Counted from the stretch's first letter, positions 38,178 through 47,379 are shown. The stretch: DNA of 60,797 nt from Gammaproteobacteria bacterium (GCA_045105815.1 JBGCDX010000039.1:1-60797), one strand, 5' to 3'. Notes: generated from the letters alone by a model not told the origin. Numbers and translations: made by a program.

Positions 38178-39407
38178 TTAACGAATATTAATAATGGTTT
38201 GAGTAATCGTATCTGCCGTACTAATTACCTGGGCATTCGCTTGAAAATTACGTTGTGTTTGAATAAGGCTAATCAACTCACCCGTAACATCCACGTTTGA
38301 CTCTTCTAGAGATCCTGATTGAACTAAACCCAAATCTGCAGACCCAGGCGAACCAATAAGCGGCTGACCTGAAGCGAAACTTTCTGTCCATAATGAATTA
38401 CCTACCGGACGTAAGCCTTGTGTATTAGCAAAGTTAGCTAAAGCAACTTGTCCCAAGGCTAATGATTCACCATTGGTATAGCGTGCAAACAAGGTTCCCG
38501 ATTGATCAAAGTCCAATGAACTTAAACGGCCGGTTGAAAAACCATTTTGATCGATTGCACTGATACCGAAGCCGCCACCAAATTGAGTGATATCTCCATA
38601 ATCAACTGTGAAGGTAGTAGGTGCGCCAACACCTCCCGGTACAAATGCTGCAGAAGTAGCGGTTGATGCACCTGCAGTACCATTAATGGCTGTTAAAGCA
38701 CCAAACGCATCAAATGTTAATGTATCAGGACCTGATACTTGGGTGTTATCTACAAACTGAAATACTTCCCAATCTGTTGCAGTATTCTTTCTGAAATAAT
38801 TTGTACTCACATGCTCACCACCCAAAGAATCAAATACCGTATAGGAAGCTGCATGGTTATAAGTAGCAGGATCTGGCCCCGTTGCACCCACCAAGAAAGC
38901 GGGAAGAATCGGTTCTGATGCATCAATATTAGCATCAAGATTTATCGTGCTGGTTACATTTGGTGCAACGTTTGCTCGACTAATGGCAAGTGGTCCTTGT
39001 GCACCGGTTAAATTTCCAGCTGCATCTGACTGAAACCCCACTAAACCATTCCCAGATGTATTTACAATATTTCCAAGATTATCTACTTGGAAGGCGCCAG
39101 CACGCGAGAAGGTTTGCACACCGCCATCATCTAATACAAAAAAACCACCGCCTGAAATCGCAAGGTCTAATGAGTTATCCGTAAAAGTAATATCGCCATC
39201 TGTAAACTGTTGAGTGATTGCTGCAACTTGCACACCTTGACCAATTGCATTACTAGATGTTCCAAATTCAGAAGTTGCATACAAATCTGCAAACTCTGCC
39301 CTTGATCGTTTAAAACCTGTTGTTTCACTATTGGCAATGTTGTTCGAAATAACCTGTAAATCGTTTTGAGCTGCATTCAGTCCTGTAAGTGCAATATCAA
39401 ATGGCAT
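38178..39407 (-). CDS. flgE: hook protein FlgE
   Basis: 409 aa. N-terminal FDIALTGLNAAQNDLQVISNNIANSETTGFK and C-terminal SNVDVTGELISLIQTQRNFQAN. Confidence 0.95.
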   Translation of the reverse strand: MPFDIALTGLNAAQNDLQVISNNIANSETTGFKRSRAEFADLYATSEFGTSSNAIGQGVQVAAITQQFTDGDITFTDNSLDLAISGGGFFVLDDGGVQTFSRAGAFQVDNLGNIVNTSGNGLVGFQSDAAGNLTGAQGPLAISRANVAPNVTSTINLDANIDASEPILPAFLVGATGPDPATYNHAASYTVFDSLGGEHVSTNYFRKNTATDWEVFQFVDNTQVSGPDTLTFDAFGALTAINGTAGASTATSAAFVPGGVGAPTTFTVDYGDITQFGGGFGISAIDQNGFSTGRLSSLDFDQSGTLFARYTNGESLALGQVALANFANTQGLRPVGNSLWTESFASGQPLIGSPGSADLGLVQSGSLEESNVDVTGELISLIQTQRNFQANAQVISTADTITQTIINIR

Positions 39408-39450
39408 AATAATTCTCCCTATTTATTAATAAAATTAACTTCATGATTTT

Positions 39451-40116
39451 TTATTCAATTTTCAATATCTCAGATATATTTAATTCTCCACCGTTTTCTA
39501 TATTCAAGCGTACTGAACTTGAACTTTCACCGAGTGAAATGCTTTCAATCTGCTTATATGCATAAGTATCTAAAGAAACACTTTCCTCACCTTGAGAGCC
39601 CACAACTGAGAAGAAGTACTCTCCTTCAGGAGCTTGATTACCACTAGCATCAGTGCCATCCCATTCAAAATCTTGTAATTCTTGATTAACCACTCCCAGT
39701 GGTACGCTTTGCACCAAGTTTCCTGCTGCATCAAAAATACTAACGTTTACGTTATTTGTAGGAGAACTGGTACCGATAGCCCCTTTAACAGACTCACCAT
39801 CTTTTAAATTCAAACTATCTGATGGAATTAATGCATTCTTTCCAATCAAGTTTGTAGCACCAAGTGTTTGACTTGAAAGTAATGAGCTTGCCAGATTACT
39901 GACTGAGTTATTTAATTCTCCAATTCCTGATACGGTTCCAAACTCTGCGAGCTGCCCTATAAACTCTCCACTCTGCAAAGGCTCAAATGGATCTTGATTC
40001 TGTAATTGAGTAACCATAAGCTCTAGAAAATCTTCTTGCCCAAGATCATCTGAACCAGATTCTTGTGTCTGAGGTGAATTAATTAAACTTAAAATATCTG
40101 ATGAGATTGCTTGCAT
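39451..40116 (-). CDS. flgD: hook cap protein FlgD
   Basis: 221 aa. FLELMVTQLQNQDPFEPL block. Confidence 0.93.
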   Translation of the reverse strand: MQAISSDILSLINSPQTQESGSDDLGQEDFLELMVTQLQNQDPFEPLQSGEFIGQLAEFGTVSGIGELNNSVSNLASSLLSSQTLGATNLIGKNALIPSDSLNLKDGESVKGAIGTSSPTNNVNVSIFDAAGNLVQSVPLGVVNQELQDFEWDGTDASGNQAPEGEYFFSVVGSQGEESVSLDTYAYKQIESISLGESSSSVRLNIENGGELNISEILKIE

Positions 40117-40131
40117 ATTTATTTACCTTTT

Positions 40132-40557
40132 TTATAACCTGCCCAAACGTAATGTTTGCAACAATAATTCTTTAGATGTGTTTAACACTTCAATATTAGA
40201 TTGATAGCTACTTTTAGCTGACATCATATTTGTCATTTCTTCCATAACATTCACATTTGACAAATATATATAACCTTCTTCGTTTGCCAATGGGTTTCCA
40301 GGTTGATATTGAGCAACATTTTCAGCTTGGCTTTCTACTATTCCAACCGTACGCAACCCAGCACTAGCAGAAGCATTAGGACCATTTAACTGACCTTGCA
40401 ACTCTGCTGCAAATACTGGTTGTCTAGATCTATATGCATCTTCGGGTGTGCTCGATATTGATTCTGCATTTGCCAAATTACTTGCAACTGTATTTAAACG
40501 TGTATTTTGAGCACTTAAACCACTTGCTGAGATATCAAATATATTAAATAGTGACAT
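40132..40557 (-). CDS. flgC: proximal rod protein FlgC
   Basis: 141 aa. ISASGLSAQNTRLNTVASNLANAES. Confidence 0.95.
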   Translation of the reverse strand: MSLFNIFDISASGLSAQNTRLNTVASNLANAESISSTPEDAYRSRQPVFAAELQGQLNGPNASASAGLRTVGIVESQAENVAQYQPGNPLANEEGYIYLSNVNVMEEMTNMMSAKSSYQSNIEVLNTSKELLLQTLRLGRL

Positions 40558-40559
40558 TT

Positions 40560-40964
40560 TTATTCGCCCTTCAAGTTATTTATTAAACCTTGAATTTTAT
40601 TGTTAAGCATCGTTAAACTAATCTGATAACGTACTGCGTTTTCAGCAAACTTACCTTTCTCAACATGACTATCTACTGTATTGCCATCTAATGACGCATG
40701 TTCAGGAATACGGTATTTTGTTTGTAATGCATATGAGTCTGTTGAACTACTGGAAATATGATTCCCATGACTAGTAACGATAGACACAGGTTTTATTGAT
40801 CCAACATTTTTATTAGAATTAAGAATAGAAGCAAAATCTAAATCTTTAGCTTTGTAGTTTGGCGTATCAGCATTGATGATATTTGATGCTAATATTTCTG
40901 CACGCTTTGACCGTGCTAAAACAGATTGCGCACTAATGCCAAAATGATTATCTATTATGCTCAC
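40560..40964 (-). CDS. flgB: proximal rod protein FlgB
   Basis: 134 aa. RAEILASNIINADTPNYKAKDLDF. First gene after a sigma-54 promoter. Confidence 0.93.
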   Translation of the reverse strand: MSIIDNHFGISAQSVLARSKRAEILASNIINADTPNYKAKDLDFASILNSNKNVGSIKPVSIVTSHGNHISSSSTDSYALQTKYRIPEHASLDGNTVDSHVEKGKFAENAVRYQISLTMLNNKIQGLINNLKGE

Positions 40965-40997
40965 AATGATCTTTTTGAATTAATAATGTTATTTACA

Positions 40998-41015
40998 TTG
41001 CAAATGCCATGCCAA
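40998..41015 (-). promoter_or_regulatory. sigma-54 promoter of flgB operon
   Basis: Minus strand reads TTGGCATGGCATTTGCAA (TGGCAT-N5-TTGCA), about 35 nt upstream of the flgB ATG. Confidence 0.75.
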
Positions 41016-41273
41016 CATTAATTAGTTCTTAATAAACTATAATTGATGTTAATTAAGGAAATATTTCTATGAATATAAGTATAGACCCGGCAAGTATTGC
41101 CGCAATACGGCAAAAATATCTCGGCAACAGTCTTGTTCACAAGTAAAACCGTAAAGATATTTTAGGTATGTATTTTGCATTATAAATATCAAGTTACTAA
41201 CCAATATTCAAAGTGAATATAAATTTAGGACAGATGGAGTTCACTTAACACTAACTAATAACGATAATTAGCT

Positions 41274-41975
41274 ATGCAAAAATATTTACTAACCATAACT
41301 CTAACTCTCTTCGCAACATTCATTAACATGAGTGCGGCCTATGCCAATATCCAAAGCCATGCAAGTTTGCATAAAGCGGTCTTAAGCTTCTTAGAAACAG
41401 AAACTCAAGATAGTCAAGACTCTGAGATTAGCGTACGAGATTTTGATAAACGATTACGACTCCACCAATGCTCCGCTCCACTAAAGGCATTCTGGCCGAT
41501 GGGTAATAAGCGCTTTGGCAATACAACGGTTGGTGTTAGGTGCTCGGGCGACAAGCCTTGGAAAATCTTTGTTGGCGCACATATACATATATATAAGAGT
41601 GTATGGGTATCGAATACTGGCCTAAACCGTAACCAAATACTTGATTTAGGCTCGGTTAGTAAAGAAAAGCGTGATATTACACGACTAACTTCGGGTTATT
41701 TGCTTTCAGACACTCCTATTGCTGGAATGCAGATAAAAAGAAATATTCCATCAAATCATGTACTTACCAACACCATGTTAGATTCACAAAAGATGGTGAA
41801 GCGTGGAGACCGAATCACTATTATCTCTAGAGCTGGTGGAATTGAAGTCCGTGCAACAGGTGTTGCCTTAAGTGATGGGAGCAAAGGTGAGCGAATTAGG
41901 GTTAAAAACACTAGCTCTAAGCGTGAAATTGAGGCCTACGTCTCCGGTAGACACTTAGTATTGGTAACTCTTTGA
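41274..41975 (+). CDS. flgA: P-ring assembly chaperone FlgA
   Basis: 233 aa. Signal peptide and C-terminal VKRGDRITIISRAGGIEVRATGVALSDGSKGERIRVKN. Divergent from flgB. Confidence 0.9.
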   Translation: MQKYLLTITLTLFATFINMSAAYANIQSHASLHKAVLSFLETETQDSQDSEISVRDFDKRLRLHQCSAPLKAFWPMGNKRFGNTTVGVRCSGDKPWKIFVGAHIHIYKSVWVSNTGLNRNQILDLGSVSKEKRDITRLTSGYLLSDTPIAGMQIKRNIPSNHVLTNTMLDSQKMVKRGDRITIISRAGGIEVRATGVALSDGSKGERIRVKNTSSKREIEAYVSGRHLVLVTL

Positions 41976-42005
41976 CAGAAATCACAAAAAAATCAGTTAA
42001 AGTTC

Positions 42006-42032
42006 TAAAGTTAATATAAAAACAGCCGATAA
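42006..42032 (+). promoter_or_regulatory. sigma-28 promoter of flgMN
   Basis: TAAA-GTTAATATAAAAACA-GCCGATAA, an exact consensus match, 30 nt upstream of the flgM ATG. Confidence 0.8.
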
Positions 42033-42061
42033 GCAGCTTAGAGAAAACGAGAATAGAGACC

Positions 42062-42370
42062 ATGACAGACAAAATTAACAATATAAGTGGGCCGATAAAC
42101 GGTAGCAACTTACAAAACACTTCTAAGGGTGCGAGCAATACTAATTCAAAGGTTAGTGGAAATGAATCCGCTAATGTCGCTAGCTCGGGCAAAGTCGACA
42201 TTTCTTCCGCCCAAACCCTAGATAAGATCAGAGAAAGCTTGGCATCGGAGCCAGTTATTGATCGACAGAAAGTCGAGACAGTGAAACAAGCGTTACAAGA
42301 TGGAACTTACAATATAAATTCGGAGAATATCGCGACCAAGCTTATTGAGATCGAACAACTCTTGAAGTAG
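42062..42370 (+). CDS. flgM: anti-sigma-28 factor FlgM
   Basis: 102 aa. C-terminal VETVKQALQDGTYNINSENIATKLIE. Confidence 0.9.
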   Translation: MTDKINNISGPINGSNLQNTSKGASNTNSKVSGNESANVASSGKVDISSAQTLDKIRESLASEPVIDRQKVETVKQALQDGTYNINSENIATKLIEIEQLLK

Positions 42371-42373
42371 TTT

Positions 42374-42886
42374 ATGAGTTCATCCGATCCCAGCATTAAT
42401 ACGGGCCTGCATAATGACCCCTATGCGACCTCCACTATTGAGGGCTTTCTTACACACTTCAATAAAAAGCTAGAGGCTTTTGTTGAGATATTACAGCATG
42501 ATCAAGAGACCTTAATTAAAGGTAGTGCGGACGAAATCAGTCAGTCTGCACAGAACAAGCTGACATATATACAAACTTTATCTGACTTTATTGCTAACTA
42601 TTTTAATAATACATCAAACAGCAACAGTCTTGAGGAATCACTCAAGATGATGAATGTGATTTGTATCGAGAAAAAAATACAACAATGGAATGAATCACTA
42701 GATTTAATTCATTTTTGTCGAGAGTTATCTGATGAAAACAGTATATTACTTGCTAACCGCCTAAAATCTACTAACAACGCACTTGATACCCTTTACTCAT
42801 TAACAGGCTCTCAACAAACAAAAACTTATGACGACAGTGGTCATTCCAAGCATTCACATATATCTAGACAATTAGCTTCCGTCTAA
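42374..42886 (+). CDS. flgN: FlgK/FlgL chaperone FlgN
   Basis: 170 aa helical protein, 3 nt after flgM. Confidence 0.75.
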   Translation: MSSSDPSINTGLHNDPYATSTIEGFLTHFNKKLEAFVEILQHDQETLIKGSADEISQSAQNKLTYIQTLSDFIANYFNNTSNSNSLEESLKMMNVICIEKKIQQWNESLDLIHFCRELSDENSILLANRLKSTNNALDTLYSLTGSQQTKTYDDSGHSKHSHISRQLASV

Positions 42887-42966
42887 TTCTTTTCATCCAA
42901 TATAGATAACATATTTTGTGTATTGAAATATTTTCAATATGCACTGTATATTTACTTAAATTACAC

Positions 42967-43013
42967 TTTACATTTACATGTAATATCTAAATTTAGTTTA
43001 CATTTACAGGTAA
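42967..43013 (+). repeat. two 17-bp direct repeats (TTTACATTTACAkGTAA) 30 bp apart, upstream of the degenerate GGDEF gene
   Basis: 42967-42983 tttacatttacatgtaa and 42997-43013 tttacatttacaggtaa. Each repeat is itself a TTTACA doublet. Confidence 0.7.
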
Positions 43014-43299
43014 CTCTTGCCGCAAATAGTATATTTGTAAAAATATTTACTTAATAATGTGTTTCACATCACACGCATTATGTTAACTCTATTCATAAAT
43101 TAAACCGAAACTAAACATAGTTAACATAACGAATACATAGTCATATATTTTATAACTAATATAAATTTTATTTGAACTGATTAACATTAGCATTAGCTAA
43201 TCTTCCACATAATGTTTTAAGCAGATGGTTAAGTAAGTGATATAGAGGTGTCATTTACCTGCATAAGTACGTAAGAACATTATTCTAAGGAGAGAACTT

Positions 43300-44229
43300 A
43301 TGAATAGCTCTAGTGTTGAAAGATTCACCACTAGCTCTAATCATGCGCTAGAAATTGCAACTGCAATAACAGCTAATAAGCCGATTAATCGATCTATTAC
43401 TGCGTTAGTATTAAAGCTACAAACCACATTAAATATAAATCAGATCATTGAAACGTTCTTTGAGTCCCTTAGAGCAGAAATGAACTTATGTGGTATCGAG
43501 TATGAGTATCCATTACTTTATACACACATCCATCATGGTAGAAAAACTAATTGCTCATGCAGTTATCTTTTAGATGTAGATAATGACACATGGGGCAATA
43601 TAACAATCTATAGCGATGTTGATTTAACAGAAGATGAAAAAAATTACTTAGATGAATTTGTCTCAGTAATAATATTTCCTTTGCGCAATGCTATCCAATA
43701 TGAAAATGCCTTAACTGTATCATCAAGTGAATCGTATATAGGCCTACCTAATTGGGGTCTAATGGAAGGACAAATAACTAGGGAAGCAAAACTAGCACTT
43801 AGAGAGAAGAAACCTTTAAGCCTAGTTCTACTAGATATTGACCGTTTTATGACATTGAAAGATAAAAATGGGAAATTATTTGGTGACTTTATTATTCGTC
43901 ATGTGTACGAAACCATTCAGAAAACTTTAAGGGATACAGATATTTTAAATAGATTTGGATATGACCAATTCTCTTTAATCTTAAGCAACACTCAAGCACA
44001 AGATGCAAATATGATTGCGAATAGAATTAGATTAGCTATATCTAATCATGAACTTGAAAATAGTGAAGCAAATAAAAATGTACGCACCACAGTGAGTGTA
44101 GGTGTTACAGAGTTAAATTCAGACGATTCAGTAGAGTCTTTGTACGCAAGAGCATACAATGCATTAAAACTGGCTAAAAATTCAGGAAGAAATATAGTTA
44201 AAGTAGCTGATGGAAAATTTTTACGTTAA
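43300..44229 (+). CDS. GAF-like/degenerate GGDEF protein (GYDQF; RxxD I-site retained)
   Basis: 309 aa. C-terminal GGDEF fold (LVLLDIDRFMTLKDKNG ... SVGVTEL) with RDTD-ILNRF-GYDQF in place of RxxD-x5-GG(D/E)EF. Strong RBS AAGGAG. Confidence 0.8.
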   Translation: MNSSSVERFTTSSNHALEIATAITANKPINRSITALVLKLQTTLNINQIIETFFESLRAEMNLCGIEYEYPLLYTHIHHGRKTNCSCSYLLDVDNDTWGNITIYSDVDLTEDEKNYLDEFVSVIIFPLRNAIQYENALTVSSSESYIGLPNWGLMEGQITREAKLALREKKPLSLVLLDIDRFMTLKDKNGKLFGDFIIRHVYETIQKTLRDTDILNRFGYDQFSLILSNTQAQDANMIANRIRLAISNHELENSEANKNVRTTVSVGVTELNSDDSVESLYARAYNALKLAKNSGRNIVKVADGKFLR

Positions 44230-44232
44230 CAC

Positions 44233-45672
44233 TTATTCAGCTACATAAATATTAACTCGATTACGTCCATCTTCTTTTGCGGCATATAATGCTTTATCTG
44301 CTCGCTCAAATATAGATTGAGCGGTGTCTTTATGGTGGATATTAGAAATTCCACAAGAAACTGTTATTTTTACCTGCTTGCCTTTGACCATAAATACAGT
44401 ATTGGAAACCTCAATTCTTATATGATCTGCAAATTCCTTTGATAGCTCTACTGTTAAATCTGGCACTAACATTGCGAACTCTTCGCCACCAAATCTTGCT
44501 AAAAAATAATCTTTTTTAAGCAATTTACTTAATTTCTCAGAAACTGTTTTGAGTACTTTATCTCCAACAACATGGCCATATTGATCATTAAATTTTTTGA
44601 AATGATCAATATCCCATATCAACAATGAAAAATTATCATAACTCTCTATTGTTGAAATAACTTCAGATATTTTTTCATTATATGCTTGTCGATTATATAA
44701 ACCCGTAAGAGGATCATGCAATGCATGCTCTTTTTCCAGTTGCACGCGATCTCTTAATTCTTGCGCTTCTTTCTTAAGCTCATTAACTTGATTAACAAGG
44801 ACTTTTACATTCTCATTAACTCGTGTCTCTTGAACTTTAACAACTTGCCTTTCTTCTTCAACAATTTCTTGCAATGCATCCAATTGGACCTTAACTATGT
44901 TTTTCAATGACACTAAGTCATTTTCAGAACTAATATTGTTATTGATAAGTGTAACTGTATTGCTCATTCGCTCATTCAGCTCGCCTTGAAGCTTAATATC
45001 TGATGCTTGTTCTTCAGCGACATTATGTAATTTATCTCCAATACGACTAATTTGTGCTCCAATATTAAACAAGAAGTTTTCCAATTCTTCTTTATCGGAA
45101 TACGTGTCCTGGTATACAATATAAAACAACTCATAGATACCTTGTAAACTAGAATTTAAATCAGCAACTGATCTTATATTCTCGCATTTCTTTCTCAATA
45201 ATTTACTTTTATCATGATAGTTTTTTGAGAATTTGAATTTTTTAATAATCTCTAATGGCAGTCCAAAAACATTGTCTTGCTGCTCAATTACATATTTATT
45301 ACTTACTTTTTTTACTACATTTACTATCGAAAATAGAACATCATTAGCCTCTGACAAATCAGTTATCTGACTTGCCATATTTTTAACCGAGCCAAATGCA
45401 TCAGAATTATAAAATATTGATTGTGTAGCATTGATCATATTGACCAATGATTTTGACATATCTCTTACATCTTCATCTCTATCATCAATATCAGCCTCAT
45501 AGGATTCAAGCTCGGATTCAGACTCAGGCATAGTCTCAGTAACATTAGACTCTTGGTTTTCAGCCATGGATTCACCGTTTGCATATAATTTTTTAATAAA
45601 TGCAGCAGGTACCGAAAGAAGACCAGAAGACTTACTTTCAAGTTCTTTATTATCAGAATCAGATGAAACCAT
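44233..45672 (-). CDS. diguanylate cyclase (coiled-coil N-terminus, GGEEF, no I-site)
   Basis: 479 aa. LTGLYNRQAY, IDHFKKFNDQYGH, RFGGEEFAML. Position -9/-6 relative to GG is K/Y, so there is no RxxD. Confidence 0.88.
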   Translation of the reverse strand: MVSSDSDNKELESKSSGLLSVPAAFIKKLYANGESMAENQESNVTETMPESESELESYEADIDDRDEDVRDMSKSLVNMINATQSIFYNSDAFGSVKNMASQITDLSEANDVLFSIVNVVKKVSNKYVIEQQDNVFGLPLEIIKKFKFSKNYHDKSKLLRKKCENIRSVADLNSSLQGIYELFYIVYQDTYSDKEELENFLFNIGAQISRIGDKLHNVAEEQASDIKLQGELNERMSNTVTLINNNISSENDLVSLKNIVKVQLDALQEIVEEERQVVKVQETRVNENVKVLVNQVNELKKEAQELRDRVQLEKEHALHDPLTGLYNRQAYNEKISEVISTIESYDNFSLLIWDIDHFKKFNDQYGHVVGDKVLKTVSEKLSKLLKKDYFLARFGGEEFAMLVPDLTVELSKEFADHIRIEVSNTVFMVKGKQVKITVSCGISNIHHKDTAQSIFERADKALYAAKEDGRNRVNIYVAE

Positions 45673-45680
45673 AATATTAC

Positions 45681-47327
45681 TTAATCAATTGTCCCATTAA
45701 TTTTCTTAAGAGGAATATTTATCACTGTATTTTCTAAATCTTCATCAGAAGACTGTTTTTTATCAGGCCAAGGACGTGTTTCTAAGTTCCTACGCTCATT
45801 AAAAGGCATCACTTTTTCTATTGGATACATAACATTAAGGGGTACAGATAAACCATTAGATTGCACTACACGCGCATGACGCCTATCTAATTCACGCGGA
45901 TGCTTGACACCACATGAGTGCGCAATCATTCCAACTTCATGAACAATATTTTTAACATAATTTGCAACTCTTTCTGACTTTACTTTTGGATTTAAGCCAC
46001 GTTGCAATCTTTTATTATGTGTAGTAATTCCTGTAGGGCAAGTATCTTTATTACATTGCAAAGCTTGAATACATCCTAATGCAAACATGAAACCACGCGC
46101 AGAAGTAACAAAATTAGCTCCCAAACATAATGCCCAAGCTACATCAGCAGGAGTTACTAACTTACCTGATGAAATCACTTTCACTCTGCCATACAAATTA
46201 TATTGTTTAAGTTTATTAACTAAAATAGGTAAACTTTCATTCAAAGGCAAGCCCATATCATCGAGCAATGGCATAGGTGCAGCACCTGTTCCTCCATCTG
46301 CACTATCAACGGTTATAAAATCTGGTGCATATAACTTCCCACGCTGACCAATCAAGGTAAATAAATTATCCAACCATTCTTCAGAACCAATAACACTCTT
46401 TATTCCAACAGGTTTCCCAGTGATCTCACGAATGTATCCAATCATTTCTAATAAATCTTCATCATTACTAATTTCTGGATGACGATTAGGGCTTATTGAA
46501 TCCTCACCTTGACGAACACCGCGTATACCAGCAACTTCTTTAGTTACTTTTGCACCTGGTAGTATGCCTCCTTTTCCAGGCTTACCCCCTTGACTAAGTT
46601 TTATTTCAAACATTTTTACTTGGTCGTAGTTAGCTATTTCAATCAACTTAGATTCACTTAATCTTCCACTTATTGGGTCCCTTACACCATACTTTGCAGT
46701 ACCAATTTGAAATACAATGTCACAACCACTTCTCAAGTGATATTTTGAAAGACCACCTTCACCTGTGTTTAACCAACAACCTGAAATTTTTGCTCCTTCT
46801 GCAAGTGCCAGCACAGCAGGTTTAGAAATTGCACCATAACTCATGGCTGATATGTTGAATATTGATTTTGTTGTAAATGGAACTCTGCAATCTGGCCCAA
46901 TGGTTTGTTCCGACACAGGCACTGCATCTTCACCCAAAGTTGGGTATGGGCAATTTGAAAACAATACGGTTCCTACTTTTTTCAAATCTCGTGTTGAACC
47001 AAAAGCAATGGTATTGCTAATATCTTTTGCAGCACGATACACCCATGATCGTTGCGCACGATTAAATGGCATCTCTTCACGGTCCATAGAAAAGAAATAT
47101 TGTCTGAAAAATTCACCGACATGTTCAAAAAAATATCGAAAGCGACCGATAACAGGAAAGTTTCGTCTTACTGCATGTTTTGACTGAGTGATATCGCTTA
47201 TATATAAAATTGGCAAGCAAACCAATAAAGTCAGAAATAATATAGAAAATAGATCTTGTGATATTTCAAGACCATAGCTTATCCAGGTTTTACCCAGTCG
47301 TAATATTTCATCCATGTTGATATTCAT
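45681..47327 (-). CDS. membrane-anchored FMN-binding glutamate-synthase-family (GltB domain 2-like) protein
   Basis: 548 aa. N-terminal TM. KLSQGGKPGKGGILPG, DFITVDSADGGTGAAP and SGKLVTPADVAWALCLGANF are typical of the Glu_synthase FMN domain. Confidence 0.8.
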   Translation of the reverse strand: MNINMDEILRLGKTWISYGLEISQDLFSILFLTLLVCLPILYISDITQSKHAVRRNFPVIGRFRYFFEHVGEFFRQYFFSMDREEMPFNRAQRSWVYRAAKDISNTIAFGSTRDLKKVGTVLFSNCPYPTLGEDAVPVSEQTIGPDCRVPFTTKSIFNISAMSYGAISKPAVLALAEGAKISGCWLNTGEGGLSKYHLRSGCDIVFQIGTAKYGVRDPISGRLSESKLIEIANYDQVKMFEIKLSQGGKPGKGGILPGAKVTKEVAGIRGVRQGEDSISPNRHPEISNDEDLLEMIGYIREITGKPVGIKSVIGSEEWLDNLFTLIGQRGKLYAPDFITVDSADGGTGAAPMPLLDDMGLPLNESLPILVNKLKQYNLYGRVKVISSGKLVTPADVAWALCLGANFVTSARGFMFALGCIQALQCNKDTCPTGITTHNKRLQRGLNPKVKSERVANYVKNIVHEVGMIAHSCGVKHPRELDRRHARVVQSNGLSVPLNVMYPIEKVMPFNERRNLETRPWPDKKQSSDEDLENTVINIPLKKINGTID

Positions 47328-47352
47328 ATCGATACTGTTTCAGATACCTTAT

Positions 47353-47379
47353 ATATCGACTGTAGATGAATATTCTTTA
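47353..47379 (-). promoter_or_regulatory. sigma-28-type promoter in front of the FMN-enzyme/cyclase pair
   Basis: Minus strand reads TAAA-GAATATTCATCTACA-GTCGATAT (N15), 26 nt upstream of the ATG at 47327. Confidence 0.5.

Noticed and set aside
41070-41147. 25-aa ORF (MNISIDPASIAAIRQKYLGNSLVHK) with an AGGA-like RBS in the flgB/flgA intergenic region.
   Set aside because: It is very short, and it coincides with the CGGCAA repeat array, which is more plausibly DNA-level regulatory. There is no way to support coding from the sequence alone.
41917-42201. 94-aa minus-strand ORF spanning the flgA end, the flgM promoter and the flgM start.
   Set aside because: It is antisense to two supported genes and a consensus promoter, and has no motifs.
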